64,000 bases of DNA from an uncultured Dehalococcoidales bacterium (GCA_964400675.1 CAYNVO010000001.1:139919-203918); one strand, 5' to 3'; numbered from the stretch's first letter, positions 37,409-48,019 are shown. Numbers and translations are program-made. The notes: a model not told the origin generated them from the letters alone.

Positions 37409-38953
37409 GTGCGTAACGATTGGCAGCCCAAACTAGGCGATAAGGTTATCCGTCGTCCTCGAATCAAAGCATATCCTTTAAGGCGTGTACTAGGCATTCC
37501 CGGTCTATTTAGTGTTGGCTATGGTAATGTCGGCTCCTCCATTTACTATGCTCTGGGTATTGTCGTCTTGGTGGCGATGGGGGCAGCACCGGTAGTATTG
37601 GCTATAGCCGGCATTTTATTTATTTTCACTGCTCTCACCTATGCTGAAGGCACAGCTATGTATCCTGAAGCTGGCGGCTCATCCAGCTTTGCTCGACATG
37701 GATTTAATGATTCAGTCGGCTTTATCTCCGGTTGGGCGCTGATGTTGAGTTACATCGTGACTATAGCTATCTCTGCCTTTGTTATCCCGCCTTACCTGGG
37801 CTACTTTTGGCCACCGCTAAAGGAATCTGCTGTTATTGGCACGGCTGTATCGATGGGCATCATATTCTTCCTCATGGTAATTAATGTCATCGGTGTCAGA
37901 GAAACTTCAGTTGTTAATGTTTTTGCGTCAGTGTTTGATGTACTGGTTCAGCTACTGATAATATCTTTAGGCTTTTTGGTTGTATTTAATTTTGATGTCT
38001 TTGTAAATAACATCACATTTTATTGGCCGAGCTGGGAAAACCTGATTTTCGGTGTAGCCTTAGCTGCTATAGCCTATACTGGAGTTGAAACTATGTCTCA
38101 GATGGCTGAAGAGACTAAGCAACCAGCGAAGAGAGTGCCCAGAGCGCTTATTTTGATGATAATCACCGTGCTGGTTCTATTCACTGGCGTGTCTACTGTA
38201 GGTCTTTCAGCCATGACGCCTCAAGAGCTCGCCAATTCCTGGGCGACTGACCCTATAGCCGGAATCGCTCATAGTATATCCATGGCTATAACGCCACAGG
38301 AAATGGCAGCTACGCTTTCTACAGGAACTGAGATTATTATTGTTCTTACCTGGATATTCACCGGTCTTCGTGATGTGTTGCCAGTTCTAGTAGCTGTGCT
38401 CGCAGCCAGCATCCTTTTCATAGCCACTAATGCCGGACTTATGGGCATATCACGCCTTGCCTTCTCTCTAGGGAGGTATCAGTTGATACCCCCGGTTCTA
38501 GGGCGTGTTCATCAACGATTTAAAACCCCTTACATTGCCATCATTCTTTTTTCGGTGGTAGCTCTTGCTATTCTGGTCCCCGGTTTTTTCGCACCGGGCA
38601 TGTTCGTTGAGCTTGGAGCTTTATATGCTTTTGGCTCCTTGCTTTCATTTGTCCTGGCTCATGCTTCTATTATGAGTTTGCGCATTAAAAATCCTGACTT
38701 TCCTCGTCCTTTTAGGTTGGGTTGGAACATCAGGTTCAGACAACGGGAGTTACCTGTTACTGCCGTTTTAGGATTATTAGGCACAGCCGTTGTATGGCTG
38801 GTCGTGATATTTACTCAACCTTATAGCCGTGTGGTTGGCTTTGCCTGGATGGCTGTGGGGCTTGTTATCTATGTTATCTACCGCTGGCGACGGAAATCGT
38901 CCTTGCATAAAGCAGACAGTTCGTTGGCTGGCATTACGGGAAGCCAGAAATGA
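37409..38953 (+). CDS. APC-family amino-acid permease
   Basis: 514 aa, 12 or more TM helices; the FSVGYGNVGSSIYYALG...AEGTAMYPEAGGSSSFA pattern matches amino-acid/polyamine transporters. Confidence 0.85.
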   Translation: MRNDWQPKLGDKVIRRPRIKAYPLRRVLGIPGLFSVGYGNVGSSIYYALGIVVLVAMGAAPVVLAIAGILFIFTALTYAEGTAMYPEAGGSSSFARHGFNDSVGFISGWALMLSYIVTIAISAFVIPPYLGYFWPPLKESAVIGTAVSMGIIFFLMVINVIGVRETSVVNVFASVFDVLVQLLIISLGFLVVFNFDVFVNNITFYWPSWENLIFGVALAAIAYTGVETMSQMAEETKQPAKRVPRALILMIITVLVLFTGVSTVGLSAMTPQELANSWATDPIAGIAHSISMAITPQEMAATLSTGTEIIIVLTWIFTGLRDVLPVLVAVLAASILFIATNAGLMGISRLAFSLGRYQLIPPVLGRVHQRFKTPYIAIILFSVVALAILVPGFFAPGMFVELGALYAFGSLLSFVLAHASIMSLRIKNPDFPRPFRLGWNIRFRQRELPVTAVLGLLGTAVVWLVVIFTQPYSRVVGFAWMAVGLVIYVIYRWRRKSSLHKADSSLAGITGSQK

Positions 38954-38997
38954 TTGCACAACTTGGCGGGCGAAACTATAATGGATAACACAGTCTG

Positions 38998-39423
38998 ATG
39001 AGACTTGAGAGAATACTGGTAGCGGTAAGTGGTAAAGACGCTGATGTTGAAGCGGTGAAGCTAGCCTGTGATTTGGCTAAGAAATCGAAGGCAAAGGTTT
39101 ACGTTGTGTACGTTATCGAAGTCAAGCGCAGCTTGCCGTTGGACGCGGTGATAGATTCCGAGATAGCAAAGGCAGAAAAAGCACTGACTCGTGCCGAGGA
39201 GGTTGCTGCCGATAGGGATTATGAGGTAGAAACCGACTTGGTTCAGGCGCGGGAAGTAGGTCCGGCTATCGTGGACGAGGCAATGGAAAGAGAAGTCGAC
39301 TTGATTTTGATGGGCGTTACTTATAAGAAAAGTTTTGGTGTTTTTAGTTTGGGCAGGATCATACCTTATGTTTTAGAAGGAGCTCCCTGTCGTGTCCTGC
39401 TGTGCCGCGAACCAATGTCTTGA
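38998..39423 (+). CDS. uspA: universal stress protein (UspA family)
   Basis: 141 aa; ILVAVSG...VDLILMG...PCRVLLC pattern. Confidence 0.8.
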   Translation: MRLERILVAVSGKDADVEAVKLACDLAKKSKAKVYVVYVIEVKRSLPLDAVIDSEIAKAEKALTRAEEVAADRDYEVETDLVQAREVGPAIVDEAMEREVDLILMGVTYKKSFGVFSLGRIIPYVLEGAPCRVLLCREPMS

Positions 39424-39433
39424 GGTAAGAATT

Positions 39434-39835
39434 ATGAAAATCGTTATTATGGGGTGTGGGCGGGTTGGAGCCCAATTAGCCAGCTTACTCGATGCTGATG
39501 GGCACAAGATAATTGTTCTGGATGTGGATGCCCATAGTTTTAGAAGGTTGCCGCCAAGCTTCGGCGGTACGGCGCTGGTCGGTGATGGGACTGACGAGGA
39601 GGTGCTAAGGAAGTCTGGCATTGGGGAAGCGGATGCCTTTGTGGCAGTGACTCAAGGTGATAATCGCAATGTTATGGCAGCTCAAATAGCAAAACATGTT
39701 TTTAGCGTCCCGAAGGTGCTATGCCGCATATATGACCCGTTACGTAAAGATGTCTATGAGACACTTGGACTTGAGGCTGTAAGCCCGACAACTGTTTTTG
39801 CTCAGTTGTTGAAGGATAAACTGCTGGCTGAGTGA
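39434..39835 (+). CDS. trkA: TrkA-N (NAD-binding) potassium-transport regulatory protein
   Basis: MKIVIMGCGRVGAQLASLL Rossmann motif; 133 aa. Confidence 0.75.
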   Translation: MKIVIMGCGRVGAQLASLLDADGHKIIVLDVDAHSFRRLPPSFGGTALVGDGTDEEVLRKSGIGEADAFVAVTQGDNRNVMAAQIAKHVFSVPKVLCRIYDPLRKDVYETLGLEAVSPTTVFAQLLKDKLLAE

Positions 39836-39854
39836 AAGAGGTGAAACTGCATAA

Positions 39855-40517
39855 ATGTATATAATTATCGTCGGTGGCGGCAGTGTTGGCTATCATCTGT
39901 GTAAAGCGCTGCTTAAGGAGGAGCACGAGGTATTGGTGCTGGACAAGGATGCTACTAAGTGTGAGAATTTTGAGGATGATATGGGGAGCGTTTGTGTGAG
40001 AGGTGACGGTTGTGAAGTGGCTACTCTGGCTGAGGCAGGTGTATCCAGGGCTGAGGTTTTTATAGCAGCTACCGATGAGGATGAGGATAACCTGGTAGCC
40101 TGCCAGATAGCCAAGCATAAATTTGGTGTGCCGCGAACTATCGCTCGAGTTAATGACCCTAAAAACGAAGAAATCTTCAGGAAGTTGGGTGTTGACTGTC
40201 CCATCAGTGTTACTAATCTCATTCTGGAACATATTGAAGAGAAAATACCCACACATCCGCTAATTCACCTTTTGACTATGGGGGAGGAGAAGATAGAGAT
40301 TGTTGAGGTTAAAATACTGGATGGGTCAAAAGCAGCAGGTAAGTCGGTTAAGGAGCTGTCATTGCCTCCCGATTCTCTTTTAGCCCTGCTAATACGAAAT
40401 GGGCACAAGCCTCAGGTGCCCACAGCCGATACTGTTCTGGAGGTTAATGACCGCATCATCGCCTTGACAACTACTGGTAGTGAAGAGGCTTTGGAAGAGG
40501 AATTGGCTAGTGATTAG
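39855..40517 (+). CDS. trkA: TrkA-family protein (TrkA-N + TrkA-C domains)
   Basis: MYIIIVGGGSVGYHLCKAL Rossmann motif plus a C-terminal TrkA-C domain. Confidence 0.8.
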   Translation: MYIIIVGGGSVGYHLCKALLKEEHEVLVLDKDATKCENFEDDMGSVCVRGDGCEVATLAEAGVSRAEVFIAATDEDEDNLVACQIAKHKFGVPRTIARVNDPKNEEIFRKLGVDCPISVTNLILEHIEEKIPTHPLIHLLTMGEEKIEIVEVKILDGSKAAGKSVKELSLPPDSLLALLIRNGHKPQVPTADTVLEVNDRIIALTTTGSEEALEEELASD

Positions 40518-40537
40518 CCCTCGTATTGGGTGGAGTG

Positions 40538-41359
40538 ATGGCTAAGGTTGCTTTTCAGGGGGAGAGGGGAGCGTTCAGTGAAGATGCCGTAATCACCTTT
40601 TTTGGTGATGCCGAGCTTTTCCCCAGCCGTTATATAGGCGACGTTTTCGAAGCTGTGCTTAAGGGTAAGGTCGATTTCGGTGTAGTGCCGGTAGAGAATT
40701 CTCAAGCCGGTAGTATTAATGATACATATGACCTGTTGCTAAGCTATCCTCTGAATATCTTTGGTGAGATTCATCTCAGGATAAGCCATTGCTTAATGGC
40801 TTTGCCCGGAGAAAGTCTGGAGGGAATAAAGGTTATCTATTCACATCCTCAGGCGTTAGCCCAGTGCGAGGAGTTTTTGGGGAAGCTCAAGGCTGAGATT
40901 ATACCCACCTACGATACTGCTGGTAGCGCCAAAAAGATAAAGGAAGCTGGTCTTAAGGGGTATGCTGCTGTGGCAAGCAAGCGGGCGGCTCAAATTTATT
41001 GTCTGGAGATACTGGCGGAGAAGATTGAAACCAATGTCAATAACTATACCAGGTTTTTTGTTATTTCCAAGATAAAGGCTGAGCCCACGCCGAAAAGCAA
41101 AACGTCTCTGGTCTTTAGCACCAAGAATATTCCGGGGGCGTTATATGATTGTCTGGGGGCTTTTGCCATGAGGGATGTAAACCTGACGAAACTGGAATCT
41201 AGGCCAAGCAGAGATAAACCCTGGGAATATGTATTTTATGTTGATTTTGAGGGATATATAGATGATAAGGTCTGCCAGGAAGTCCTGGCAGACCTTAATA
41301 GAAGAACCAATTTCATAAAGATACTCGGCTCTTATCCCCGTGCCGCGCTTGATAGCTAG
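40538..41359 (+). CDS. pheA: prephenate dehydratase
   Basis: VAFQGERGAFSEDA...TRF..I PDT motifs and a C-terminal ACT domain (ESRPS). Confidence 0.85.
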   Translation: MAKVAFQGERGAFSEDAVITFFGDAELFPSRYIGDVFEAVLKGKVDFGVVPVENSQAGSINDTYDLLLSYPLNIFGEIHLRISHCLMALPGESLEGIKVIYSHPQALAQCEEFLGKLKAEIIPTYDTAGSAKKIKEAGLKGYAAVASKRAAQIYCLEILAEKIETNVNNYTRFFVISKIKAEPTPKSKTSLVFSTKNIPGALYDCLGAFAMRDVNLTKLESRPSRDKPWEYVFYVDFEGYIDDKVCQEVLADLNRRTNFIKILGSYPRAALDS

Positions 41360-41842
41360 GTCATATTCGGCAAACTGTCCTTTAACTTCTTGTAAGTTTT
41401 TGCTAGTGCTTCTGGCAGGACTTTGGTATCTGCAATAACCGGCATGAAGTTGGTATCACCCTGCCAACGAGGCACTATGTGAGTGTGAATGTGGTCATCT
41501 ACCCCTGCACCAGCCGCCTTTCCTAGATTCATGCCGATGTTGAAACCGGCTGGTTTTACTACCTCGATTAGCAATTTGAGGCCAAGCTTAACCAGATTAA
41601 AGTGTTCCTTCGCCTCTTCATCGGTGAGCCCATCGAGGTTGCCTATATGGCGATAGGGTGCTACCATCAGATGCCCTGTGTTATAGGGGAATGAGTTTAG
41701 AATTATGAAATTGCCTTTGCCCCGGTAGAGTATCAGGTTGGACTCATCTTTGGATTCCTTGGGTTTCTCGCAGAGAAAGCAGCCGTCTTTTTCAGCTTGA
41801 AGTATATATTCTATTCGCCATGGTGCCCAGAGCTGTTCCATT
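41356..41842 (-). CDS. HIT-family nucleotide hydrolase/transferase
   Basis: Histidine triad DDHIHTHIVPRW. Confidence 0.75.
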
Positions 41843-41940
41843 TTTGTCTTTTGTTCTTGCCTTATCTTACATGGCTTAACAGCTAATTGCAATGGTATTG
41901 ACTTTACTGACTAACATTGTTATCTTTGTTATTAACAAGC

Positions 41941-42795
41941 ATGGCTACCGTTGAGCTGAACGTCATTACCAGCGGCAATATCCCTTGGGGGTTAAAGAGG
42001 GACATTGAAAATATATTCCGCGATTGCTATCGGCGGTTCGGGTCTAGAGTTCCTTACAAAGTTGAAATTCATGTGGTTGATAGGGAAGGTAACATGCGAG
42101 CCCTGCTTAAAGAGGATAAGCTCAGGCTCGGTATAGCTACAAGCGGCGATGAGGAATTTATCTGTTCACATGATGCCTGGCGCGGCTACCCACGGGTGAT
42201 TTGCTGCGTGGAGAAGCTAGCTAAACTTAACAGGTTAGCCAGGCCTGGGGCAATAAGGCATGAGGCAGCTCACAGCGCAATTCACGGTTCGCTGGAGTAT
42301 TATATTTTCAGGATTCCCGATGATTGCCGTCATACGGCCACGATTAAGGCGCTTGATTCGACTGTACTGGACCAGGCTCTTTACTATGTGTCTGTGGCGG
42401 TTAAAGATTTCGAAGCCACCAAATTTTTGATTCAGCATGACTTCATTAGCTGCCAGCTTGCTTTTGCGCTAGATTTTTTGCAACCCTCGGAGCGGGATAA
42501 ATCTGACTGGAAATTGGTCCAGACAAATCGCCAGACTAAATTTATCTATCTGACAACTTTGCTTAAGCCGATACTTTTCGCTCATCCCTTGTTGGCGTTG
42601 CCACGGTCGTCAAAGGGTGTTTCTTTGGAGCACCAGGTGCAACTGGCAAGAAGAGTGGAAGAGTTGCTGGAACACCTGGGGAGCGCAGAGCAGAATAAAT
42701 TGTTGCAGGTGGCAAATATGATAGCCGAAGACGCCACAGAAGATACGCATAAAAATGTTGATTCTGCTATGCGCCACGCTATGAACCTGGCTTAA
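41941..42795 (+). CDS. hypothetical protein with an HExxH motif (possible metallopeptidase-like)
   Basis: AIRHEAAHSAIHGS contains HEAAH; no other recognisable domain. Confidence 0.4.
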   Translation: MATVELNVITSGNIPWGLKRDIENIFRDCYRRFGSRVPYKVEIHVVDREGNMRALLKEDKLRLGIATSGDEEFICSHDAWRGYPRVICCVEKLAKLNRLARPGAIRHEAAHSAIHGSLEYYIFRIPDDCRHTATIKALDSTVLDQALYYVSVAVKDFEATKFLIQHDFISCQLAFALDFLQPSERDKSDWKLVQTNRQTKFIYLTTLLKPILFAHPLLALPRSSKGVSLEHQVQLARRVEELLEHLGSAEQNKLLQVANMIAEDATEDTHKNVDSAMRHAMNLA

Positions 42796-42845
42796 ACTGC
42801 TGCTTCGCGGTTATCTAGCACTGGTGCGATTTCTTTCAGACCAAT

Positions 42846-43409
42846 TTAAGCGTGTGCATTGCTTAAGAGTTCGTGTTTGAGGTAGTTCAATCTGTCTTCA
42901 AAGGGATGAGCCAATTGGCTCAGCTTTTTCTGCCATTCATCTCTGGCTCGAGTATTAATCTGGCTGATGGCTGTGCCGGAGATTCTCAACTGCTGGAGCA
43001 TCTCCCTGCCAGCCTTTTCTATCTCTTGTCTTTCTCTGCTTTCAGCCTCCTCGTATTCCTGGAAAAGCTCCTTTATTTTGCCTAGAGTTGTTGTAGCCGT
43101 TATATTGTCGGTTAAAGTTAGAATGCCTTGACTTATTTTGTCTAACGTTGGGATGTATCTCAGGTCAATCCCTTCAATGAGTCGGTGGATGGCTGCTTCG
43201 CTTATTGAGCTTTTATCCTGAGTGCTATGTTTGCCGAGCTCGGCTCCGAGGGAGCTGATGTCATATTGACTGAGGTATTTCTCAGCCAGCGATTTCCCGA
43301 TCAGGCGGCATCGGCTTTGTCTTTGTTTCTCTCGTTCTTCGATAGATAGCTCGCCTAACTTACTGGCCTTTGCCTGAGCGATTTCCCAGGCGCTCTTAAT
43401 TTCTCCCAT
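42846..43409 (-). CDS. hypothetical coiled-coil protein
   Basis: 187-aa ORF, Glu/Lys/Gln-rich; no recognisable motif. Confidence 0.4.
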   Translation of the reverse strand: MGEIKSAWEIAQAKASKLGELSIEEREKQRQSRCRLIGKSLAEKYLSQYDISSLGAELGKHSTQDKSSISEAAIHRLIEGIDLRYIPTLDKISQGILTLTDNITATTTLGKIKELFQEYEEAESRERQEIEKAGREMLQQLRISGTAISQINTRARDEWQKKLSQLAHPFEDRLNYLKHELLSNAHA

Positions 43410-43492
43410 ATAGCTTATACCTGACGCCCGAATTGGTTTTCGCTGGAATTTTACCTTATAATTTTAAGGTATTCAAAGTTATTTTTTGAGCT

Positions 43493-44248
43493 ATGGTGGT
43501 AAAGGATATGGTTTATCGGTCGTCTAGCCCTTTTAAGTCTGTGCAGCTTGCCGACGACTTTTACTGTTACATCTGGCAGGGAAGCGGTAATAATTGCAAT
43601 ACTTGTTTGTTTGCTAATGTGCTTAGGGGCGAACGACCTCACGCTATCGTTGACCCGGGGCACGTGACTAATGAATTCGGCGAGACATGTTTTGATTACC
43701 TGACTGACGCTATGGAGCAGGATGGTTTTAAGGTTGATGACTTAGGATTGATAATCAATACTCATAGTCATCCTGACCACTGCCAGGCAAATGAGCTGGT
43801 GGTCAAAAAAAGCGGAGCCTGGGTTACTTTGTCCGAGGAGGAAGACGAATTTCGAAACACGTTGGGGGAGAAAATGTACTCGATGCTGGGGGCAAAAGTG
43901 CCCAATTTCACGCCTCTGTTTTATCTTAAAGAAGGAAACCTGAGTATGGGCACTAAAAGCAAGGTTGAACTTCAGGTTTTTCATACTCCTGGTCACTCGC
44001 CGGGCTCGATTTGCCTTTACTGGCCGGATAATAAGATTCTGATAACGGGAGATGTGGTTTTCTATGGCAGTATTGGCAGGACTGATTTCCCCAGCGGCAG
44101 CCTTTCATTGCTTAAGAGGAGCATTGATAGATTATCGAAGCTCGATGTGGAGTGCTTGGTTCCCGGTCACAGCACCGAGTATGGAAGCATTGTTAAAGGT
44201 AAAGCGAATGTGGAGCGTAATTTTCAGGCGGTTAAGCTGTTTCTTTAG
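43493..44248 (+). CDS. MBL-fold metallo-hydrolase
   Basis: INTHSHPDHCQANE (HxHxDH) and HTPGHSPGS motifs. Confidence 0.8.
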   Translation: MVVKDMVYRSSSPFKSVQLADDFYCYIWQGSGNNCNTCLFANVLRGERPHAIVDPGHVTNEFGETCFDYLTDAMEQDGFKVDDLGLIINTHSHPDHCQANELVVKKSGAWVTLSEEEDEFRNTLGEKMYSMLGAKVPNFTPLFYLKEGNLSMGTKSKVELQVFHTPGHSPGSICLYWPDNKILITGDVVFYGSIGRTDFPSGSLSLLKRSIDRLSKLDVECLVPGHSTEYGSIVKGKANVERNFQAVKLFL

Positions 44249-44322
44249 ATATTTACCTGTCGCCCTGAGCAATAGCGGATGGTCTCGGGATTTTTCGCGG
44301 CGGTTGTCCTGATAATTGTTGT

Positions 44323-44482
44323 GAGATTCTTCGCTCCGCTCAGAATGACAGGTTGGAGGGTTCAGAATGACAGGTTGGAGGGTTCAGAATGACAGGTTGG
44401 AGGGCTCAGAGTGACAGATGGGAAGGGCTCGGAATGACAGACGGGAGAGGGTGCAGAGAGGCAGACGGGAGGGGCTTAGAAT
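44323..44482. repeat. REP-like right arm (gagattcttcgctccgctcagaatgacag) followed by about 7 degenerate tandem copies of its 22-bp half-site (gttcagaatgacaggttggagg)
   Basis: Tandem array read directly, 3' of the MBL gene. Confidence 0.85.
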
Positions 44483-44491
44483 GACGGGCAG

Positions 44492-45175
44492 GTGATTTTT
44501 ATGGAAGCTGATGAAAGAATTCAATACGCTATTGAACGTACTGAAGTATTGAGAACGCCTTCGCAGAGTCTGGCTACCTTCGGTACCACCAATGTCTACT
44601 ACTATTTAGTTACCGAGTTGGCTGCATGGGTTAATGTGGTCAGGGAGGGGAGAGTGATTGCCGCACAGCCGAAGATTGTTACCCCGTCTTATCTCATCAA
44701 TCTGGAAGGTTTTAGCCTGCATGCCAAAAGGTTTATAGAGATGATGGCGGAGAAGCACCCTCACGAGCCTGGCATTTTCTATACCTACAAAAATGAGCCC
44801 GGAGAGATGAACATTGTTTCTGAGCCTGTGGAGATAATAGTGGACAAAATCAATCGGCGCATAGATAACCAGCATGACCCGTTGACTGCCATTGTTAAAG
44901 GGATTGAAGAGCTGTGGGATGTATCGTTGCTCAAGTTCACTTACGAACTGACCAGAAGCTCGATGCAAAGCAATGTGGCTGAATTGGAAAGACATGGGCT
45001 TTTGCGTGTGGATTCAGCAGGCGTGCCCCGAGACGCCAGAAACCATATCGAAGAGCTTTTTGAAAAGACCAGCCGAGATCCATCCTGGGCATCCGAGCTG
45101 ATAGCTGAATTAAGGCGATGGAATTTGTTTTACGAGTACCAGGACAGGTTTCTCAGCCTGTTTAAGAAGAGATGA
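44492..45175 (+). CDS. hypothetical protein
   Basis: 227-aa ORF; no recognisable motif. Confidence 0.4.
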   Translation: MIFMEADERIQYAIERTEVLRTPSQSLATFGTTNVYYYLVTELAAWVNVVREGRVIAAQPKIVTPSYLINLEGFSLHAKRFIEMMAEKHPHEPGIFYTYKNEPGEMNIVSEPVEIIVDKINRRIDNQHDPLTAIVKGIEELWDVSLLKFTYELTRSSMQSNVAELERHGLLRVDSAGVPRDARNHIEELFEKTSRDPSWASELIAELRRWNLFYEYQDRFLSLFKKR

Positions 45176-45374
45176 GACTGTCTGAATCTTCTTCTCAAGC
45201 TGCTTCCCTGCCCATCTGCAATTTCGAGGAAGTCCTCAGTCTGAGCAGCTAAATTCTAGGCAAAATTTTTTTACTGACGACGACTGGGAGCCTATTGACA
45301 GCGGCTCTTTGGGGGGTGGTATAGTACTGTTGTCCCTGCCAAGTGGTTCCAACTCATTTTTTGGGGGTAGTGTT

Positions 45375-45647
45375 ATGCACCGGAGGAGATCTAACATCGA
45401 AATAATAGGCGATATGTTGAGGGTGGGTACAAATGGGGCCGGCAAGACAGAGATAATGTACAGCGCAAACATGAGCTATAGTCAACTGCAGAAATACCTG
45501 AGCTTACTTATTAGCCAGGGTTTTATCGATAGGTTGGAGGTGGGGAATCCGGTAGTTACCTACCTGGTAACGCCAAGGGGCTCAGCGCTATTGAAAAGCA
45601 TAGACACCATACTGGATGTGCTTGAATTCAGAAATAATGGTTATTAA
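45375..45647 (+). CDS. small winged-helix (HTH_45-like) putative transcriptional regulator
   Basis: SNIEIIGDMLRVGTNGAGKTEIMYSANMSYSQLQKYLSLLISQGFI resembles archaeal-type wHTH regulators. Promoter TTGACA-N18-TATAGT upstream. Confidence 0.5.
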   Translation: MHRRRSNIEIIGDMLRVGTNGAGKTEIMYSANMSYSQLQKYLSLLISQGFIDRLEVGNPVVTYLVTPRGSALLKSIDTILDVLEFRNNGY

Positions 45648-45673
45648 ATCGCTAATTTTCAATAGAAAGGAGA

Positions 45674-46006
45674 TTGCCTATGCCCGAGAAAAAGATGCTT
45701 ATAGTAGATTCAGATGTAGCCAGAAAGATAGATGAAAACCGTGGTGATATGAGCATTTCACATTTTCTCAGTTTTCTTGTTGACAGCCAATTGAAACAGG
45801 ATGTCGTAGGACAAAGTGATGGACATGTGACTAAAGAAGAATTCCGTCAGTTCGAGCAGGGGATACGGGAGCTTTTGCGCAACTTCCTCGAGTTCTTCCT
45901 TAGCTATGGACTGGAGCTGGGCAAACAGCCGACGGATAGCGAGCTTGACAAGCTGAGTCAAAAGCTACGTGTCCTGAACATCTCTGCTAAGAGTAAAGGC
46001 TCTTAA
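45674..46006 (+). CDS. hypothetical small protein
   Basis: 110-aa ORF, 26 bp after the wHTH gene; RBS aaaggagattgcctATG. Confidence 0.4.
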   Translation: MPMPEKKMLIVDSDVARKIDENRGDMSISHFLSFLVDSQLKQDVVGQSDGHVTKEEFRQFEQGIRELLRNFLEFFLSYGLELGKQPTDSELDKLSQKLRVLNISAKSKGS

Positions 46007-46152
46007 AAATCCGCAGATTTCCTCATCTTATCCCACCCTACTAACCTTCCCAGTCCCATAAGATAGAACTATTTTCTAGAACACAATCACTTCCCAAGTC
46101 AGCCAAACCGTGTCATATTGGGTGTAGACCATTTTGGTCTAGGAGGTGCGCT

Positions 46153-47835
46153 GTGTCTAAAGTTCTGGAGCTTTTGCGTCAGGGGAGACGTGAGGAGTTG
46201 TGGCAGATGTGCTGTGGTTTTATTGACCTCAGCCTGGAGCAGTTTATGTCTATCCAGAAACGTCTGTTGCTGGAGCAGATCGAGCTGCTGAGAAACTGTG
46301 AGCTGGGCAGGAAGGTGATGCGCGGCGCCATGCCCGAGACCGTGGAGGAATTCAGAGAGCAAGTGCCTTTGACCACCTATCATGACTATTGCCCTGAGCT
46401 TTTGGAGAAGATGGAAGATGTGCTGCCGGCAAAACCGGCTAGATGGCTGCGCACGTCTGGCAGGTCGGGCGAATATTCGGCTAAGTGGGTGCCGATGTCT
46501 GAGGATTTCTGGCGTGAATATTTAACCGTAGGTGGCGCCATTGTCCTGCTTGCCTTTTGCAATGGTCGGGGCGATATTTCTCGGGTTAAAGAGCACATGA
46601 AAATATTGTTCACGCTGGGGCCGCCGGACTATGGCTCAGGGGCTATGGGTGACGTAGTTCAGAAAGCGGTTGGTTTTGATTTTTTGCCTTCAAATATGAC
46701 TGAAGACATGTCTTTTCAAGAGAAGATAAAGGCGGGTTTTGCAGAAGCCTTATATAAAGGAATTGACGGCTTTGGTGGTTTACCCTCTGTCCTGGTTACT
46801 GTGGGTGAACAATTCAAGCAACGGTCAGGTAAAATGAATATGCGCTTCTTATTGTCTCATCCCACGGCGCTTTTCCGTCTGGTAAAAGGATTGGTTAAAA
46901 GCAAAATAGCCCGCCGTCCTATGTTGCCCAAAGACCTCTGGTCGGTAAAAGGAGTTGTAGGTGGCGGCACTGATACCGGAATTTTCAAGGCGAAGGTAAG
47001 GGATTTATGGGGCAAGTATCCACTTGAGGTATATGCTGGCACCGAAGGTGCTCTTTATGCTATCGAGACATGGGACTATGAAGGTATGGTCTTTGTTCCG
47101 ACCCTCAATTTCTTTGAGTTTATCCCTGAGGATGAGCATTTCAAATGGCAGCTTGACCATTCGTATCAGCCGAAGACCCTTTTACTGGACGAGGTAAGGG
47201 ATGGTGAGGTTTATGAGGTGGTAATCACCAATCTTCACGGTGGCATCATGACCAGATACCGCCTTGGTGACTTGGTTAAGATAATCTCGCTGCGTAATGA
47301 GACGTCGAATATTGATATTCCGCAGATTGCATTTGAGCGACGTGGTGATGAGCTTATTGACATCACCGGTTTTGGGAGGCTAACAGAGAGGATAATCTGG
47401 CAGGCTATTGAAAATACTAATATTCCCTATGCAGACTGGACAGCGCGCAAGGAGTCAATTGGAGATAATCCAATGTTGCATCTCTACATTGAGCTAAAGA
47501 ATGACTATGTTGCCAGTGAAAAGGGTGTGGCCACCGCTGTCTATAATGAGCTGCTGAAGCTGGATGATGAATATGATTACAATTGTTACAAGATGTTCGG
47601 TAGTCTGGAAGCTGTACTAGATATAAAACCAGTGAGGGTTACATTACTACCTCATGGTGCTTTTATGAGATATATTGCCCAACGTCAAGCCGAAGGTGCT
47701 CCGTTGGGCCACCTTAAGGTAGTACACGTCAATCCTTCAGATAAGGCACTTGCGTTGTTGGGTGCAAAACCAGAACAAATGCCAGAAGTAGAGGTTGCTG
47801 TTGAATCTCAGACTGAGGCTGTAGTCAGGCAATAA
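46153..47835 (+). CDS. GH3-family (acyl-acid amido synthetase / adenylate-forming) protein
   Basis: 560 aa; the N-terminal architecture (…FREQVPLTTYHDY...) and overall length match the GH3 auxin-responsive-promoter family. Confidence 0.7.
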   Translation: MSKVLELLRQGRREELWQMCCGFIDLSLEQFMSIQKRLLLEQIELLRNCELGRKVMRGAMPETVEEFREQVPLTTYHDYCPELLEKMEDVLPAKPARWLRTSGRSGEYSAKWVPMSEDFWREYLTVGGAIVLLAFCNGRGDISRVKEHMKILFTLGPPDYGSGAMGDVVQKAVGFDFLPSNMTEDMSFQEKIKAGFAEALYKGIDGFGGLPSVLVTVGEQFKQRSGKMNMRFLLSHPTALFRLVKGLVKSKIARRPMLPKDLWSVKGVVGGGTDTGIFKAKVRDLWGKYPLEVYAGTEGALYAIETWDYEGMVFVPTLNFFEFIPEDEHFKWQLDHSYQPKTLLLDEVRDGEVYEVVITNLHGGIMTRYRLGDLVKIISLRNETSNIDIPQIAFERRGDELIDITGFGRLTERIIWQAIENTNIPYADWTARKESIGDNPMLHLYIELKNDYVASEKGVATAVYNELLKLDDEYDYNCYKMFGSLEAVLDIKPVRVTLLPHGAFMRYIAQRQAEGAPLGHLKVVHVNPSDKALALLGAKPEQMPEVEVAVESQTEAVVRQ

Positions 47836-47862
47836 GTCTGTTCGTAGCTTTTAAATCGAGGT

Positions 47863-47898
47863 AAAGCGGTGGCTCCATGAGCCACCGCTTTATTTTTG
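47863..47898 (+). terminator. rho-independent terminator (aaagcggtggctc...gagccaccgcttt + atttttg)
   Basis: 12-bp stem plus T-tract after the GH3 stop. Confidence 0.8.
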
Positions 47899-48019
47899 CT
47901 TATGGATACGTTAGTTCAATGATATTCGTTATCGTTGGTTAAATTATGTATCTTGACAACCTGCATAGCTAGAGACATAATAAGACAATTCTTAAATATG
48001 GTGAAGTAGAAGATTCTAA

